Source: a virus
Lineage: Duplodnaviria; Caudoviricetes
Reading direction: 5' to 3' (one strand)
Length of the DNA: 64,000 bases
Virus record (IMG/VR): IMGVR_UViG_3300010162_000373
Span: 68,865 to 132,864 of that record
Within the stretch, counting starts at the first letter, position 1. Every line of letters begins with the position of its first letter. A program made the position numbers and the translations under genes. Under the pieces are notes generated by a model, which saw nothing but the letters and a program-made list of their open reading frames with translations, did not search any database and was not told where the DNA came from. Positions 41,117 through 51,404 of this stretch are shown piece after piece.

Positions 41117-41902
41117 TTAGTGTGAAAATAATACGGCAGGATTAGCAGCGATACCTTGCCAGCTGATATTAGTGCCTAGCGCAGATGCTGGCTGACTTAA
41201 AAACTGATTAACAGCGCCACTGCCGCCGCCAGGATTAAAAGTAAGGCGTAATGTGTTGCCTCCCTCTCGCATCAATTTTGGCCAAAGAGTACGGCCCTGT
41301 ACAGAGCCCCCTAACGGCGAATGAAACACCCCTCGCATCTGTACACCGGCAGCGCCAGCCGCAGCCGCAACATGATTTCGTAACTCGCTTAAAATCATAA
41401 AATGATTGGGCACAAGATCTGCCGCATTTTGAATATTGGTATAAGCTGAAGTTTGAAAACACATTACATTAATGGGAGAGTTAGTTAGGGTCGTTAGTGC
41501 GGTGTTGGCCGCAGCTAAATTGATAGTCGCAATAAATCCTCGAATAATTGTGCCTGGCGGACTAGCGACAGTTACTTCTACCTCTTGACCTGACGAACAT
41601 ACAAAATTTATATTAGGGGCCGTTATATTTGTAGAAGTTCCCGTGCCCCAGAACGTCATTTGAGTAGTAAGTTTGGTAACTAAGCTACCCAGATGATCTT
41701 CTTTCTGTACTCCCATTGCTAATGCCGCTGGTCTTTGAGCTATACTCCAGCCAATTTCATTTCCTTTTTCAATTAACTTAGCAAAACTATCTTCAACGTC
41801 GGCACTAACTCCGCGCTCTTGAAGTACTGACACCATTCGATCTTTCATACGAAATACATCCAATTCTTCTGCGGTCATCTTTGAGGTGTCGATCATGCTC
41901 AT
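41117..41902 (-). CDS. Putative fibre-associated protein
   Basis: AGGAG SD; N-terminal LQERGVSA...DSF..L..K motif resembling that of the neighbouring gene. Confidence 0.7.
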   Translation of the reverse strand: MSMIDTSKMTAEELDVFRMKDRMVSVLQERGVSADVEDSFAKLIEKGNEIGWSIAQRPAALAMGVQKEDHLGSLVTKLTTQMTFWGTGTSTNITAPNINFVCSSGQEVEVTVASPPGTIIRGFIATINLAAANTALTTLTNSPINVMCFQTSAYTNIQNAADLVPNHFMILSELRNHVAAAAGAAGVQMRGVFHSPLGGSVQGRTLWPKLMREGGNTLRLTFNPGGGSGAVNQFLSQPASALGTNISWQGIAANPAVLFSH

Positions 41903-41912
41903 ATTTATTCTC

Positions 41913-42299
41913 CTATAGTGTTATTCCAATAATGGAACCTAATATTTCTAATTCTTGCCCTAACTCATCAACAACAGGAACATGTTCAGGAATTAGCCCT
42001 GTTACTCTATTTTCAATTCGCGTTAGCTGAGCTAACATATCGGTAATTACCCCGGCCTCCCAATTACATGCTCCACCTAAACTATTGCCAGAACCTAAAA
42101 GGGAAATTGAGAGATCTTGATTTATTTTAAAAACATCATATTCATTGTTACCCGTAAACACCGAAACTATTCGTCCTGGCGTTGCTGTCGGCCCAGTTAA
42201 GTACGCATTAAATACCTGCTCATTAGCAAACACTTGATCAACATCAAGCGTCCCCTTATTTAACAGCTTTAGCGGTAATGGTGTCTGTACTGCTGACAT
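41913..42299 (-). CDS. Fibre adaptor-domain protein
   Basis: PGRIVSVF...YDVFKINQD paralogous to 11655..11948. Confidence 0.68.
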   Translation of the reverse strand: MSAVQTPLPLKLLNKGTLDVDQVFANEQVFNAYLTGPTATPGRIVSVFTGNNEYDVFKINQDLSISLLGSGNSLGGACNWEAGVITDMLAQLTRIENRVTGLIPEHVPVVDELGQELEILGSIIGITL

Positions 42300-42308
42300 A
42301 ATTAAAGG

Positions 42309-43205
42309 TTACTTCAAATAACGTATCCAAAACCAAACAGCCCGATTATTACGAACCTGCGGTGACACTGTTTGCACATAACTCTCATCCGGGTTCATGG
42401 ACATCAATGACCTGACTGTGTCATTAAGATTATTGTTTCTACCAATAATCGCTCGCTCATTACCAAACCCGGTAAACCACCAACCGCCACAATCTATAAC
42501 ACCAGCTAATCCCATAGTAGGAAACGGAATCGTATGAATGGTGTTGACTGCGGCTGTAACATTTACATTGTTGGCATAGCCAAAACTTCCATCACCTAAA
42601 TCAATTTCTTTATTTAACTCCCACTTATGTGGCTCATTCGATAAATTCGAGGTTGCAAGCTGAACCTCCCTAGGCGGCACATAAAAACAAGTTCGACCTG
42701 AAGGTATCGACCCTCCGTGCCCAGTTGATACAATATCTCCTTTATACACGGCTAACATTTGGTCAGCCCTAAACCCAAAACCGTTCACGGGACATATTGC
42801 GCTAAAAGCTCTTTCTCCATTTATATCGCACCAATAAAATCCAGTTGAATTTGTTGTGAAACTTACAAGTACAAAACCTGTCCTATCTGCTGTCCAGGAA
42901 TCCCCCATAAAAAAGTTAGTACCTGTCCAGCGATTAATTGTTTCAATGGCAGAATAATCAGGGATATAAGGAATAGCTCCAGCTGCTCCGGCGCCATTTG
43001 TTATTTTTCTATATGTTCGATCCGCAGCTGTAAGATAAACATCAAATTCACCTGCCCCGTCATTTACGCTGACTAGCTTACCCGCTGTAAACGTACCGCC
43101 AGCTAACCACTCATAAAAGCGCTGAATACTTTCAAAAGACATATCAGTTTCAATATGCCCTGAAATAAGCAATCTAAAATTAACAGGTAGCTCAACAAGC
43201 GTCAT
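42309..43205 (-). CDS. Adaptor domain + putative receptor-binding domains
   Basis: AGKLVSV..FDVY N-domain; WTADRTGFV...AVYKGDIV and W..NKEIDLGDGSFG...W.RY C-domains typical of fibre tips. Confidence 0.68.
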   Translation of the reverse strand: MTLVELPVNFRLLISGHIETDMSFESIQRFYEWLAGGTFTAGKLVSVNDGAGEFDVYLTAADRTYRKITNGAGAAGAIPYIPDYSAIETINRWTGTNFFMGDSWTADRTGFVLVSFTTNSTGFYWCDINGERAFSAICPVNGFGFRADQMLAVYKGDIVSTGHGGSIPSGRTCFYVPPREVQLATSNLSNEPHKWELNKEIDLGDGSFGYANNVNVTAAVNTIHTIPFPTMGLAGVIDCGGWWFTGFGNERAIIGRNNNLNDTVRSLMSMNPDESYVQTVSPQVRNNRAVWFWIRYLK

Positions 43206-44323
43206 TAGGTAAATCTCAAAACAATTGGTACATTGGCCGTATATGGTGCATCATTTATCATTACAAGGCATTTGTAAGGAGCAGTGGCCGACCCTGCAGC
43301 CCCTTCAACATTGACCATCCCCTGCGCAAATGCGCCAAGAATAGGCAGCGCCATTCCACCCTCTTGTGTGATCGTAGCGGGCCAAGGTAACGTATCTGGG
43401 TAGCAGAAAACACAGCCGTAGTCGCCGTCTTGAACTGTCACGGTTATCGACTGGCTGATGTTTGGATTTAGCACCCCGTGTGTCAGGTTACGAATCATAG
43501 CGGATGTAGCATCGTCAAGCCACTCTGCAGCACTTTTATGAGGGTTGCCAGCAATGCGCCCGCTGAACGCTCTTCGCTGCGGGGTATAAGATACCCAGCC
43601 AGTAAAGGCAGTGGTACCCGCTTCAATTCGACCAGCTGGCGATGGATTACCGTTACTATCCACAAGTACCTGGCCTTGCGCAAAATCAGCTTGTGCTCTA
43701 AAACGTGTTTGTGCAAGTAAAGCAAATCCAGGACTTACAATATGTCCTTGTGCATTATTATTTGTAAAGATTGGTGGAGTTTCACCTTCTCGATAAAGTC
43801 GGTACTGTACCATTTCTCCTCCATCGCCCTGCACCCATGTGGGATTCAATGTCGGAGAGATGACAGTTCCAAACTCAAGATTTCCAGCGGTTGGAGTGCT
43901 ACCTGCCAACGCTAAGCTAGGCATTAAATAGGTGGGAGGAATAACTGGGCCAAATGCTCGCTGTAATAAGCTAAAGACATCATCATTAGCTGTAATAATT
44001 ACGTCCTGTAATAACCCACCGTGCGGAGCTGTTACCCTAAACGAACGCCCCATTGGTAGCTCAGTCGCATCTTCTGCGCCGCCACCTTCACCACTGCCAA
44101 TCAATTTTAATGTACGATCAAATTGAATTTCATACGTAGCTATAAATTGACCTTTATCTACATCATTCTGAACAAGGCGTAAATGATCCCCGATAACTGC
44201 GGTCGGATCATTAGTGGCATAATCGTGCATATCATACATGCTCGCAAAATGCCTTTTAGTTTGTAAGGTATGGCGATTTAGTGTTTGAAACTGTACCGGA
44301 ATCTCTACAATTGGTGCTGACAT
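43205..44323 (-). CDS. Adaptor domain + beta-rich fibre domain
   Basis: C-terminal region paralogous to 11950..13428 ([12 protein letters not shown]). Confidence 0.72.
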   Translation of the reverse strand: MSAPIVEIPVQFQTLNRHTLQTKRHFASMYDMHDYATNDPTAVIGDHLRLVQNDVDKGQFIATYEIQFDRTLKLIGSGEGGGAEDATELPMGRSFRVTAPHGGLLQDVIITANDDVFSLLQRAFGPVIPPTYLMPSLALAGSTPTAGNLEFGTVISPTLNPTWVQGDGGEMVQYRLYREGETPPIFTNNNAQGHIVSPGFALLAQTRFRAQADFAQGQVLVDSNGNPSPAGRIEAGTTAFTGWVSYTPQRRAFSGRIAGNPHKSAAEWLDDATSAMIRNLTHGVLNPNISQSITVTVQDGDYGCVFCYPDTLPWPATITQEGGMALPILGAFAQGMVNVEGAAGSATAPYKCLVMINDAPYTANVPIVLRFT

Positions 44324-44335
44324 ATTTCCCCCTCT

Positions 44336-45337
44336 TTATCCTATGGTAAATCTATATTGTGTGGCGATAGTTGTATTAGCATCAAAAGATGCCCTATAAA
44401 CATCATACGGCGCGGCAGCATAGCCATTAGCTCCTTCTACATTTACAGCTGCCGCACTGGGTACAAAAGCTGCCGTAATTGGGAGTCCGGGCATTGCCAT
44501 ATTAACTGCCTCAATTAAAATTCCCTGATCTTTTGGAATAGCAATCACGATTGTTCTAGTGCCAACCGGGATACTTACTAAAAATTGTCTTGTAGTTGTT
44601 GTATTCGTTCGACCAGCTAATGCCCTTACGCCAGCAGAAGTTGTAGGGTTTGCCTGAACGCTATTGTATGTTTCAAAGAATGTGTTTCTAAAACTGGTAA
44701 GCGTAACTGCGTTACTTGTTCGGACACCAGCTGGGATTGAGCCTGCTGGAAATGGCTGATTATTGCTGTCGTTTTTAATTACGCCAGCTATGTGTGATAC
44801 TTGTGCTGTAATACTTTGCTGCGTAGCGCCAAATTGGTGCGCAGTTAAAACCCTTGCAGCAACCGTCAGATTAGACCAGATATTAATGCCATTATTGAAA
44901 ATTGAATATAAGGCCACTGCTCCGGCATCATTTTGCTGCCAATTTGGCGTTATTGTAATATTGGCGGTCGAACCTATCTCTCCAGAAGTAGCATTGGCAC
45001 TGATGGATAAGGTAGGCGCAGTGTAGCTAGGTGTTTGCAATGGCGTAAGTAACTGTCTAAGGATAACTGCTAGCTGAGTTCCAGCAGGATATTGTGTTCC
45101 AGCGGGTATTCCTTGAAAGTTGGAAGCAGTTGTTGTTATCGGCCAAGGTAAAACTGGATTACCGTCCGCATCTGCCGCCCCGGTTCCGCCAAAGCTCGGA
45201 TCCCAAATATAGTCTTTATCAACCATAACCCTAGCGTTATCCCATTTGGTCACTAGGGGGCCATTTGGGTCTAAGATAAATTGGTCATTAGTCCTTACTC
45301 TCGCTAAAGATATATGAACCGGCTGGAGATCTGACAT
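44336..45337 (-). CDS. Fibre-like protein, collagen-less paralogue of 11950..13428
   Basis: Shared N-terminus (RTN...DPNG...RV.V....IW) and C-domain ([21 protein letters not shown]). Confidence 0.72.
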   Translation of the reverse strand: MSDLQPVHISLARVRTNDQFILDPNGPLVTKWDNARVMVDKDYIWDPSFGGTGAADADGNPVLPWPITTTASNFQGIPAGTQYPAGTQLAVILRQLLTPLQTPSYTAPTLSISANATSGEIGSTANITITPNWQQNDAGAVALYSIFNNGINIWSNLTVAARVLTAHQFGATQQSITAQVSHIAGVIKNDSNNQPFPAGSIPAGVRTSNAVTLTSFRNTFFETYNSVQANPTTSAGVRALAGRTNTTTTRQFLVSIPVGTRTIVIAIPKDQGILIEAVNMAMPGLPITAAFVPSAAAVNVEGANGYAAAPYDVYRASFDANTTIATQYRFTIG

Positions 45338-45351
45338 ACCCTAATTTTAAC

Positions 45352-46239
45352 TTATGAAAAGGCTCGTAAGTAGCTTTCATATTCTTCGGGAGTCATTTGC
45401 TTTTGCTCATAAGATTGTGCTGGGGTACATAAAGCACATTCATCAAATGGCGCATCCGTTACATATTTAAGAATATCTTCCATAGGGGCAGTATAAAAAT
45501 CAATACCGTCGCTAGCTAACACCGCCTCAGCCCACTCTTTATTAATAATTTGCTTATTACTGAGACCGTATTTCACCAAATTACAGCGAAAGCCATGACA
45601 AGCACATCTAAATAATTTGCTTCCAGTAACGCTGTAATTTTCCCTTACGTACATATTGCATACCGGATTTGCGTTTTCCGTCTGGACAGAATGCTGCATA
45701 ACAATATTTTTGTCCCTAGTATTAAATACCAGTTCCTTATCTTGCCCCAGCACCCCTATGTCAATAGTATGAAAAGTATCCCTAACGTACTTAAGCCCAA
45801 TTTTTAACCGATCTTTATGCTCTTCTGTCCATTTAATTAAAGGTGTTTCAATTATGTGCTTACTAATAATTATTGCAAAATTTTTATATCGCGCAGAAAG
45901 ATCTATTAAATCTTGCAAACGTGCATACCCTTTTACCAGTAATTCCCCATTAGTTCGTAAAAGTACATCACTACCCTCGGAAAAATGCTCACAGGCGCAA
46001 TTAAGTATGTCGATAATACCTTCGTGCAATAAAGGCTCGCCGCCTAAGATACTAACCATTTTAGGTTTAAAGCGAGCGGCCAGAATTGGAATAGACTCAA
46101 GTACCGTAGCAGTAGGAACTCTATAATCAACTGCCGGACTGAAGCTGCAGCAGTTCTTACAGCGTAAATTGCACGCCCCAATTATTGCAACATCTAATCT
46201 TTTAAACTCTAGCTTACCGGCAGCATTTATATTTGGCAT
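45352..46239 (-). CDS. Radical SAM protein
   Basis: CNLRCKNC (CxxxCxxC), GGEPLLH, TNG, further C-terminal Cys; start reassigned to MPNINA. Confidence 0.9.
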   Translation of the reverse strand: MPNINAAGKLEFKRLDVAIIGACNLRCKNCCSFSPAVDYRVPTATVLESIPILAARFKPKMVSILGGEPLLHEGIIDILNCACEHFSEGSDVLLRTNGELLVKGYARLQDLIDLSARYKNFAIIISKHIIETPLIKWTEEHKDRLKIGLKYVRDTFHTIDIGVLGQDKELVFNTRDKNIVMQHSVQTENANPVCNMYVRENYSVTGSKLFRCACHGFRCNLVKYGLSNKQIINKEWAEAVLASDGIDFYTAPMEDILKYVTDAPFDECALCTPAQSYEQKQMTPEEYESYLRAFS

Positions 46240-46358
46240 ATCCACATTTTACCGTAAATTTATGGCATATATCACTGAGAAGATTTTAAATATTATTTTT
46301 ATTTATGCTGACTAAAACTAATGATTTTTTTGTGGACTGGAAAGAAAGTGCAAAAATA

Positions 46359-46544
46359 ATGAATATCTTTGCAGTAATTTTTCTAGGCATACTGTACTGT
46401 CTCTGGGCTTTAAACTTACCAGGGCACACAACATTTTATGAAGCGCACCTTCTTGGATTAGCGGAGCCATCTAACTACCTACAAATAGTGGCTCTTTTTG
46501 GATTGGCTAATTTAGTTGCGCCAGCCCTGCATATAACAGGCTAA
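46359..46544 (+). CDS. Small membrane protein (accessory cassette)
   Basis: Two hydrophobic segments; promoter motif at 46259 and terminator directly after the stop; start may be 46305. Confidence 0.65.
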   Translation: MNIFAVIFLGILYCLWALNLPGHTTFYEAHLLGLAEPSNYLQIVALFGLANLVAPALHITG

Positions 46545-46580
46545 AGAAGAAAGACAGCTGCATATAGCTGTCTTTTTTTT
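46543..46580. terminator. Bidirectional intrinsic terminator
   Basis: AAAGACAGCTG-cata-TAGCTGTCTTTTTTTT between convergent genes. Confidence 0.85.
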
Positions 46581-47784
46581 AATTAAATACATCGTCGTAA
46601 AGAGCTAACCCGCCCCCCACTATCATACCGCCCAAACCTAAGCGACTTAAACGATTTGTATTTCGTGGACTCCCTAATGTTCTAATAGCAGCCCTTCTGC
46701 CCTGATTTGGATCCGCTAAAGCTGCATCCCTAATAGCTTTTTGATTTGACGTAAAATTAGCTAAATCAGCAGTATGTTGATTTTGTCTCGCAGGAAAAGA
46801 GGCTACGTCCGCATTGTGCGTCTTAAGGGCATCTTGAAAAGTTTTCATAGCATTTTCATGCGCTTTCATCCCAGCATCAAATCGCTGCCGGAGAGCCTGA
46901 TACCTATCCATATTTAATCTATCTTGATTAATGTTGCCCGTCCTAGCAGGTAGTCGAGGCTCTCGCCTAGTTGGCGCAATTGGCGCTGTAGGTGCCGCCC
47001 CAGGCGCTACTGGCGCAGCTCCTGGATTCGCGATTGCAGCTGGCGCAGCTGCGACATTTTTGTTGCCAAACCACCCACCGCGATTTAATAATGGACTATG
47101 ACTTAAACCCCAAGTACCCGCGCCACCGACACCGGCTGTTGTACTTGCCGCGCTAAGCCAACTTTTAAACAGCGGGTCAGAAATATTGGCTAGCCGATCT
47201 ATCTCACCTTGTTTCCCTTTAGCCGCAGCTAATAAGGCATTAATTTGTTGTGCATCAGCGTCAGGATTTTGTTTTATTAATCGCTCTTTAGCGCGTTCAA
47301 GTAACTGCTCGGGCGTTAATTTATTTAAAGCGCCGTAGATCTGCCATTTGTTTGCATTAGGATTAGCTTTTAATAACTCATCTACAGCTGCATCATTAGT
47401 TCCGGAATTAAACATGCCAAGCCAACCTAACCGATCTGCATGCCGTGAAACCTCAGTATCGCCGCTGGCACCACCTAACAGTGATGACCCTAGCAACCCT
47501 GCACCCGCGCCTAAACCGCCACCAATAACTCCGCCAGTTAAAGCTGAAGATAATCTACGCCTACGCCGCTGCTCTTTAGCTAGCTCTTCATCCGGCTCGT
47601 ATTTATCGCCCACAAATTCCGAACCCAGAAACCCTAAGCCCGCACCAATACCAGCACCGCCAAGCCCGTATACGGCAGTCGTCAGTAATTTATTAAGTGC
47701 GGCCTTACGCGCAGCGGCCTCAGGAGTTTCAGCTATTTTCTCCTCAGCGGCCTTAATCAATTTTTTAGCTTCACGAATTTGCAT
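46579..47784 (-). CDS. Glycine-zipper putative internal head protein
   Basis: Leader ending EEKIA; GLGGAGIGAGLG - acidic/RRRRR - GGVIGGGLGAGAG. Confidence 0.75.
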   Translation of the reverse strand: MQIREAKKLIKAAEEKIAETPEAAARKAALNKLLTTAVYGLGGAGIGAGLGFLGSEFVGDKYEPDEELAKEQRRRRRLSSALTGGVIGGGLGAGAGLLGSSLLGGASGDTEVSRHADRLGWLGMFNSGTNDAAVDELLKANPNANKWQIYGALNKLTPEQLLERAKERLIKQNPDADAQQINALLAAAKGKQGEIDRLANISDPLFKSWLSAASTTAGVGGAGTWGLSHSPLLNRGGWFGNKNVAAAPAAIANPGAAPVAPGAAPTAPIAPTRREPRLPARTGNINQDRLNMDRYQALRQRFDAGMKAHENAMKTFQDALKTHNADVASFPARQNQHTADLANFTSNQKAIRDAALADPNQGRRAAIRTLGSPRNTNRLSRLGLGGMIVGGGLALYDDVFN

Positions 47785-47789
47785 AATAG

Positions 47790-49130
47790 TTATCTTCTAG
47801 TCGTAGCCTGCTGTGTTAATATCCCGGAATTATCCGCGCCCCCTGCTCTCGCCTCAGAAGTCCCAATATCTTTATCGTAGCTCATAAGCGGCGTAATGTC
47901 ATAGGTACCAAGCACCCCGCCTTTAGCTAGCGCCTCACGCATAAAAGACCGAGCCACCATTGGACGCCTCATTGCCCCTGGCGCAGTAGCCATCAATAAG
48001 TTATAGGTATTAAACACCTGCTCAGGCGTATACTGACTTATAATCTCATCATTTGATAGCATATCATTGATGATGGATTTAGTCCTCAGCCCAGTTAATG
48101 TTTTTTGGTGAGCTGGCGTTTTGATACCATAATGTATATGCCTGGCCGGCACAGATGTCTGCGTTGGGGCTAAACGACTTCTTTCTACTGGAGCTACCTC
48201 GTAGCCTAATGCGCCACCAGCATCATTTAGGGCGCTGGCAAATATATTACCTGTAAGAGCTGACGGATTGGCTACTTTAACTCCAGCCTTTTTTTTTAAG
48301 GCCGACTCAATAATATTACGCGCTTGTCCGCATTTATTAAGTCCTTCGATAGCTTGCTGAATTTCCTCAACAAGTTTATCAATGCCCCCGCATCTTTCAA
48401 GAAGAGCAGGATCCGCCCCTGTTATTTTAGTACTTGTAATAGTTACTTCAAAAGCTTCATCAGAATTAGCTATGGTATTCTTTCCATATTTATGAATAGC
48501 TGCAATCTTAGTAGCCACTAATTTTTCTGGAGGAAGTGTTGCAGCATATTTTCTAGTGACAAATAATGAAGCCTCTAGCTGATCCTTCAAGTATTCACAG
48601 CGACCAGCTAACTTCTTGATCTCTCCGTCAATAAAATTCTTATCCGAAAGCAACTTATCAACTGAGGTTTTTGCAGCCTCACAGCTTAAACAAGCTCCAG
48701 CTGTTTTTAGCAAAGCCTTCTTTTCCTCAAATTGCGCCCTAAAATCCTGCAAGTCTAGCTCCTCAGCAATTTTTACCGCAAGACCCCGAAACAACCTATG
48801 ATCAATATCCTTTTTATAAATATCCGCTACTTCCTCAGCGGCAGCTACTTTTATATTTTCTAATTTAGCTACAGCAGCTTCACAGTCAGCAATTGGCGTA
48901 GTTTCTAATTTCTCCAAAATACCCGCACCTTTTTCTCGAACATCCGCTGTATGCGCCGTATTGTATGCACGACCAACCAGCCTAGTATGGTCAGGTGTTA
49001 GCTCATAAGTTTTAGCTACTTTAACTAAAGCGGTCGTAGGGTGCATTCCATCATCCGTTAAGATAGCCATGTCATGAACTGCTTCTTTTAGCAATTCTTT
49101 GGTGTTATTAGAAATTTGCTTCGTAGCCAT
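47790..49130 (-). CDS. K-x-A-rich putative head protein
   Basis: 446 aa, repeated KEA/KVA/KIA/KTA/KLA/KYA. Confidence 0.75.
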   Translation of the reverse strand: MATKQISNNTKELLKEAVHDMAILTDDGMHPTTALVKVAKTYELTPDHTRLVGRAYNTAHTADVREKGAGILEKLETTPIADCEAAVAKLENIKVAAAEEVADIYKKDIDHRLFRGLAVKIAEELDLQDFRAQFEEKKALLKTAGACLSCEAAKTSVDKLLSDKNFIDGEIKKLAGRCEYLKDQLEASLFVTRKYAATLPPEKLVATKIAAIHKYGKNTIANSDEAFEVTITSTKITGADPALLERCGGIDKLVEEIQQAIEGLNKCGQARNIIESALKKKAGVKVANPSALTGNIFASALNDAGGALGYEVAPVERSRLAPTQTSVPARHIHYGIKTPAHQKTLTGLRTKSIINDMLSNDEIISQYTPEQVFNTYNLLMATAPGAMRRPMVARSFMREALAKGGVLGTYDITPLMSYDKDIGTSEARAGGADNSGILTQQATTRR

Positions 49131-49169
49131 AGTATTATTTTACTTTGATAGCCTGTATTTTAAGGGCCA

Positions 49170-50171
49170 TTACTGATTAACCACCTGATGATAGGGCGAG
49201 GAAACAATGCCTGTAAATTGCGCAAGGTTTAATTCTCTTTTTTTAATTTTCATCCACTCCTTCCATTGCATATCAAATTGTTGTGCAATAGCTTGATAAG
49301 CTTGTTCTCGCGCGAGATCATCTCCTTGCACGCCACCATGATTAACCATTAGCTTATTTCTTGTATATCTGAAAGCTGCCTTTTGATATAACGACGCAAT
49401 TATTTTATTTAACCAAGGTTCAATCCACGGGAAATTAAAACAAGTAAATGTGTAATTAGCTAAATGCGGAGTAGTTCCATTCCACTCACGAACTGCGCTA
49501 ATGACACTGTCCAAGATGTCAGCTGTCGTAAATTCAACATAACCTTGTAATAGATTTTCTACGTCAGTATCCATAATGCGCATACGCACATCAGAAATAG
49601 TAGGCGTTTTAGTGTCAACATGGGCTGGACGGAAGGCGCTGCGCTCTACATTAAGAAGTGTTCGATGGATATAAAGTGCTCTTCGATCTGAGCTACGACA
49701 TAGCCCAATAGAAATAACAAAAATACCACCAAGCATGCTCGGCTTATCCGGTACTTCAAATTGCAAAATACCTAGCTTTGGATTAACTACTTTAACTGGA
49801 ACAGCCCATAACGGCCTTCTAGGTTCGTCAGCTGGCTGTATCCTAGCTTCAAAAAAATAAGTATCTTCTAAATCGCCTAATTCTCCGCCACCATAATATT
49901 CTGGATTTAAGGCAGCTAATATCCCCCAAACAGTGTCGCACTTACTTATCTTAGACGTATCAAACGGAGGAATTTCACCAATGTCGGGCTTAAAAAAAAG
50001 ACCACTTAAATCAATAGGCGTACCGGTAGAATCTCGAAAATTATACTGAACCGTCGCCACCGTACCTTGCTGAATAGTCACAGCTTCTACCTTTGTAAGA
50101 ACCGGACAATTTTCATAAATATTTGGATCCGGCGCAACAACTAATGTTCGTGGAGTAGGAGATAATTTCAT
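49170..50171 (-). CDS. Putative neck / head-tail adaptor
   Basis: N-terminal Ig/BppU-like region (RDSTGTPIDLSG) and helical adaptor-like C region (FTTADI...AVREWNGTTP). Confidence 0.6.
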   Translation of the reverse strand: MKLSPTPRTLVVAPDPNIYENCPVLTKVEAVTIQQGTVATVQYNFRDSTGTPIDLSGLFFKPDIGEIPPFDTSKISKCDTVWGILAALNPEYYGGGELGDLEDTYFFEARIQPADEPRRPLWAVPVKVVNPKLGILQFEVPDKPSMLGGIFVISIGLCRSSDRRALYIHRTLLNVERSAFRPAHVDTKTPTISDVRMRIMDTDVENLLQGYVEFTTADILDSVISAVREWNGTTPHLANYTFTCFNFPWIEPWLNKIIASLYQKAAFRYTRNKLMVNHGGVQGDDLAREQAYQAIAQQFDMQWKEWMKIKKRELNLAQFTGIVSSPYHQVVNQ

Positions 50172-50172
50172 C

Positions 50173-50541
50173 TTAATTTTTAGCTAGTGTTGCGAGAGTC
50201 CCTAAACCGTAACCGGTGGCACCGCCGCCTAATGCACCGAGCCCACCGCCAACACCTAAACCTCTAAGCAGATTGTTTATGCGTCTTCGATGAAAAGACT
50301 CATTAGTTTCATCGTTTTTTTGACCAGTACCAATATAACCAATCCCTGCGCCAAGACCTCCGCCTAAAAGACCACCACGTATTCCACCGGCAGTCGCAGC
50401 GCCTGCTCTAATCAGCCTATTTTTTAGTTGATTTGGCTCAACAGCTAATCTCCCTGACAGAAGAGGCGACGACCTTAAACTAGCGCTAAGATCAGGCAAG
50501 TTTGCTAATTTCTCTAAATATTTCTCAGCTAATATTTTCAT
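50173..50541 (-). CDS. Glycine-zipper putative internal head protein
   Basis: Leader MKILAEKYLEKLA; two Gly zippers around HRRR. Confidence 0.75.
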   Translation of the reverse strand: MKILAEKYLEKLANLPDLSASLRSSPLLSGRLAVEPNQLKNRLIRAGAATAGGIRGGLLGGGLGAGIGYIGTGQKNDETNESFHRRRINNLLRGLGVGGGLGALGGGATGYGLGTLATLAKN

Positions 50542-50569
50542 AGTTTAATTTTACCTCATGCTCAGACCT

Positions 50570-50593
50570 AAAAAAGAGAGGCAGCTGCCTCTC
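50570..50593 (-). terminator. Intrinsic terminator
   Basis: GAGAGGC-agct-GCCTCTC + T6 on the minus strand. Confidence 0.8.
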
Positions 50594-50598
50594 GTGAA

Positions 50599-51279
50599 TC
50601 ATTTGATGCTATTAAATAGCTCTACAAATATTGAGCCTAACTCCCTGCCCAATTCTTGATGCGCCTCCCCTGTAGCTGACATAATGGCGCCTTCAATAGC
50701 GCCGTATAGGGCTGCTTCAGGTAGCGTCACTAATCTACCGTCCACCAGTCTTCGTTCCGTAAGCCACCAGAATAAGTTTCCCTCACGCTTTTCCGCGTTT
50801 AGGTTTTTTAATTCCTCTAGTAGCTGATGGCGTAACTTTTGGCACTCTAGCAGAATTTCAATTAATTCTTCATTGTCGGTGCGTTCTTGCGCAAGTGCCG
50901 TGCGTAACTCTTCCATCTCACGTAAGAGCGTAACTCGCTCAAGACGTAGCTGCTCTTCAGCGGTCGCATACCAATCACGCTCATTTCTTAAACGGGCGAT
51001 GTGCTCTCTTTGATTGGGAATAACGCGATGAGCTGCAGCCCAATCGATGGTGTTTTCGCCGAAGCTTAATACACCCATTTTCTGGGCTAGCAGCAGCGTG
51101 TCACGCCGGAAACCGGCAGCTAGATACTGCTGCGTTGCAGCTTCTTCCCGTGCTTCAATCGCAGCTTGTTGCCAGCCTTTTCGGTTGTTTTCTGTAACGT
51201 ACAATGAAAGAACCAGGACAGCAGTAAAGCCTACCAGCACCCAAATAATTGGGTTTGTGTTTGTGATAAAGTTTTTCAT
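50599..51279 (-). CDS. Membrane-anchored coiled-coil protein (accessory cassette)
   Basis: N-terminal TM IIWVLVGFTAVLVLSLYV, heptad region, GAAAGGAA SD. Confidence 0.8.
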   Translation of the reverse strand: MKNFITNTNPIIWVLVGFTAVLVLSLYVTENNRKGWQQAAIEAREEAATQQYLAAGFRRDTLLLAQKMGVLSFGENTIDWAAAHRVIPNQREHIARLRNERDWYATAEEQLRLERVTLLREMEELRTALAQERTDNEELIEILLECQKLRHQLLEELKNLNAEKREGNLFWWLTERRLVDGRLVTLPEAALYGAIEGAIMSATGEAHQELGRELGSIFVELFNSIK

Positions 51280-51331
51280 GATAGTTCCTTTCGTGTTAGA
51301 GGTTAAACATTATCACGTTTTAATACCAGCT
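51280..51331 (-). promoter_or_regulatory. Promoter-leader cassette copy A
   Basis: AGCTGGTATTAAAA.GTG.TAAT...CTCTAACA..GAAAGGAAC shared with 61188-61242. Confidence 0.75.
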
Positions 51332-51404
51332 TATTAGCTAATTTTTAACTATATTTATGGTAGTTAAACTTGATAAACTTTACCCCCTTTAAAGGAGACT
51401 AATC

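Noticed and set aside
33928-45337. Diversity-generating retroelement or invertible fibre cassette
   Set aside because: No reverse transcriptase, invertase or near-identical TR/VR pair seen; paralogy is detectable only at protein level
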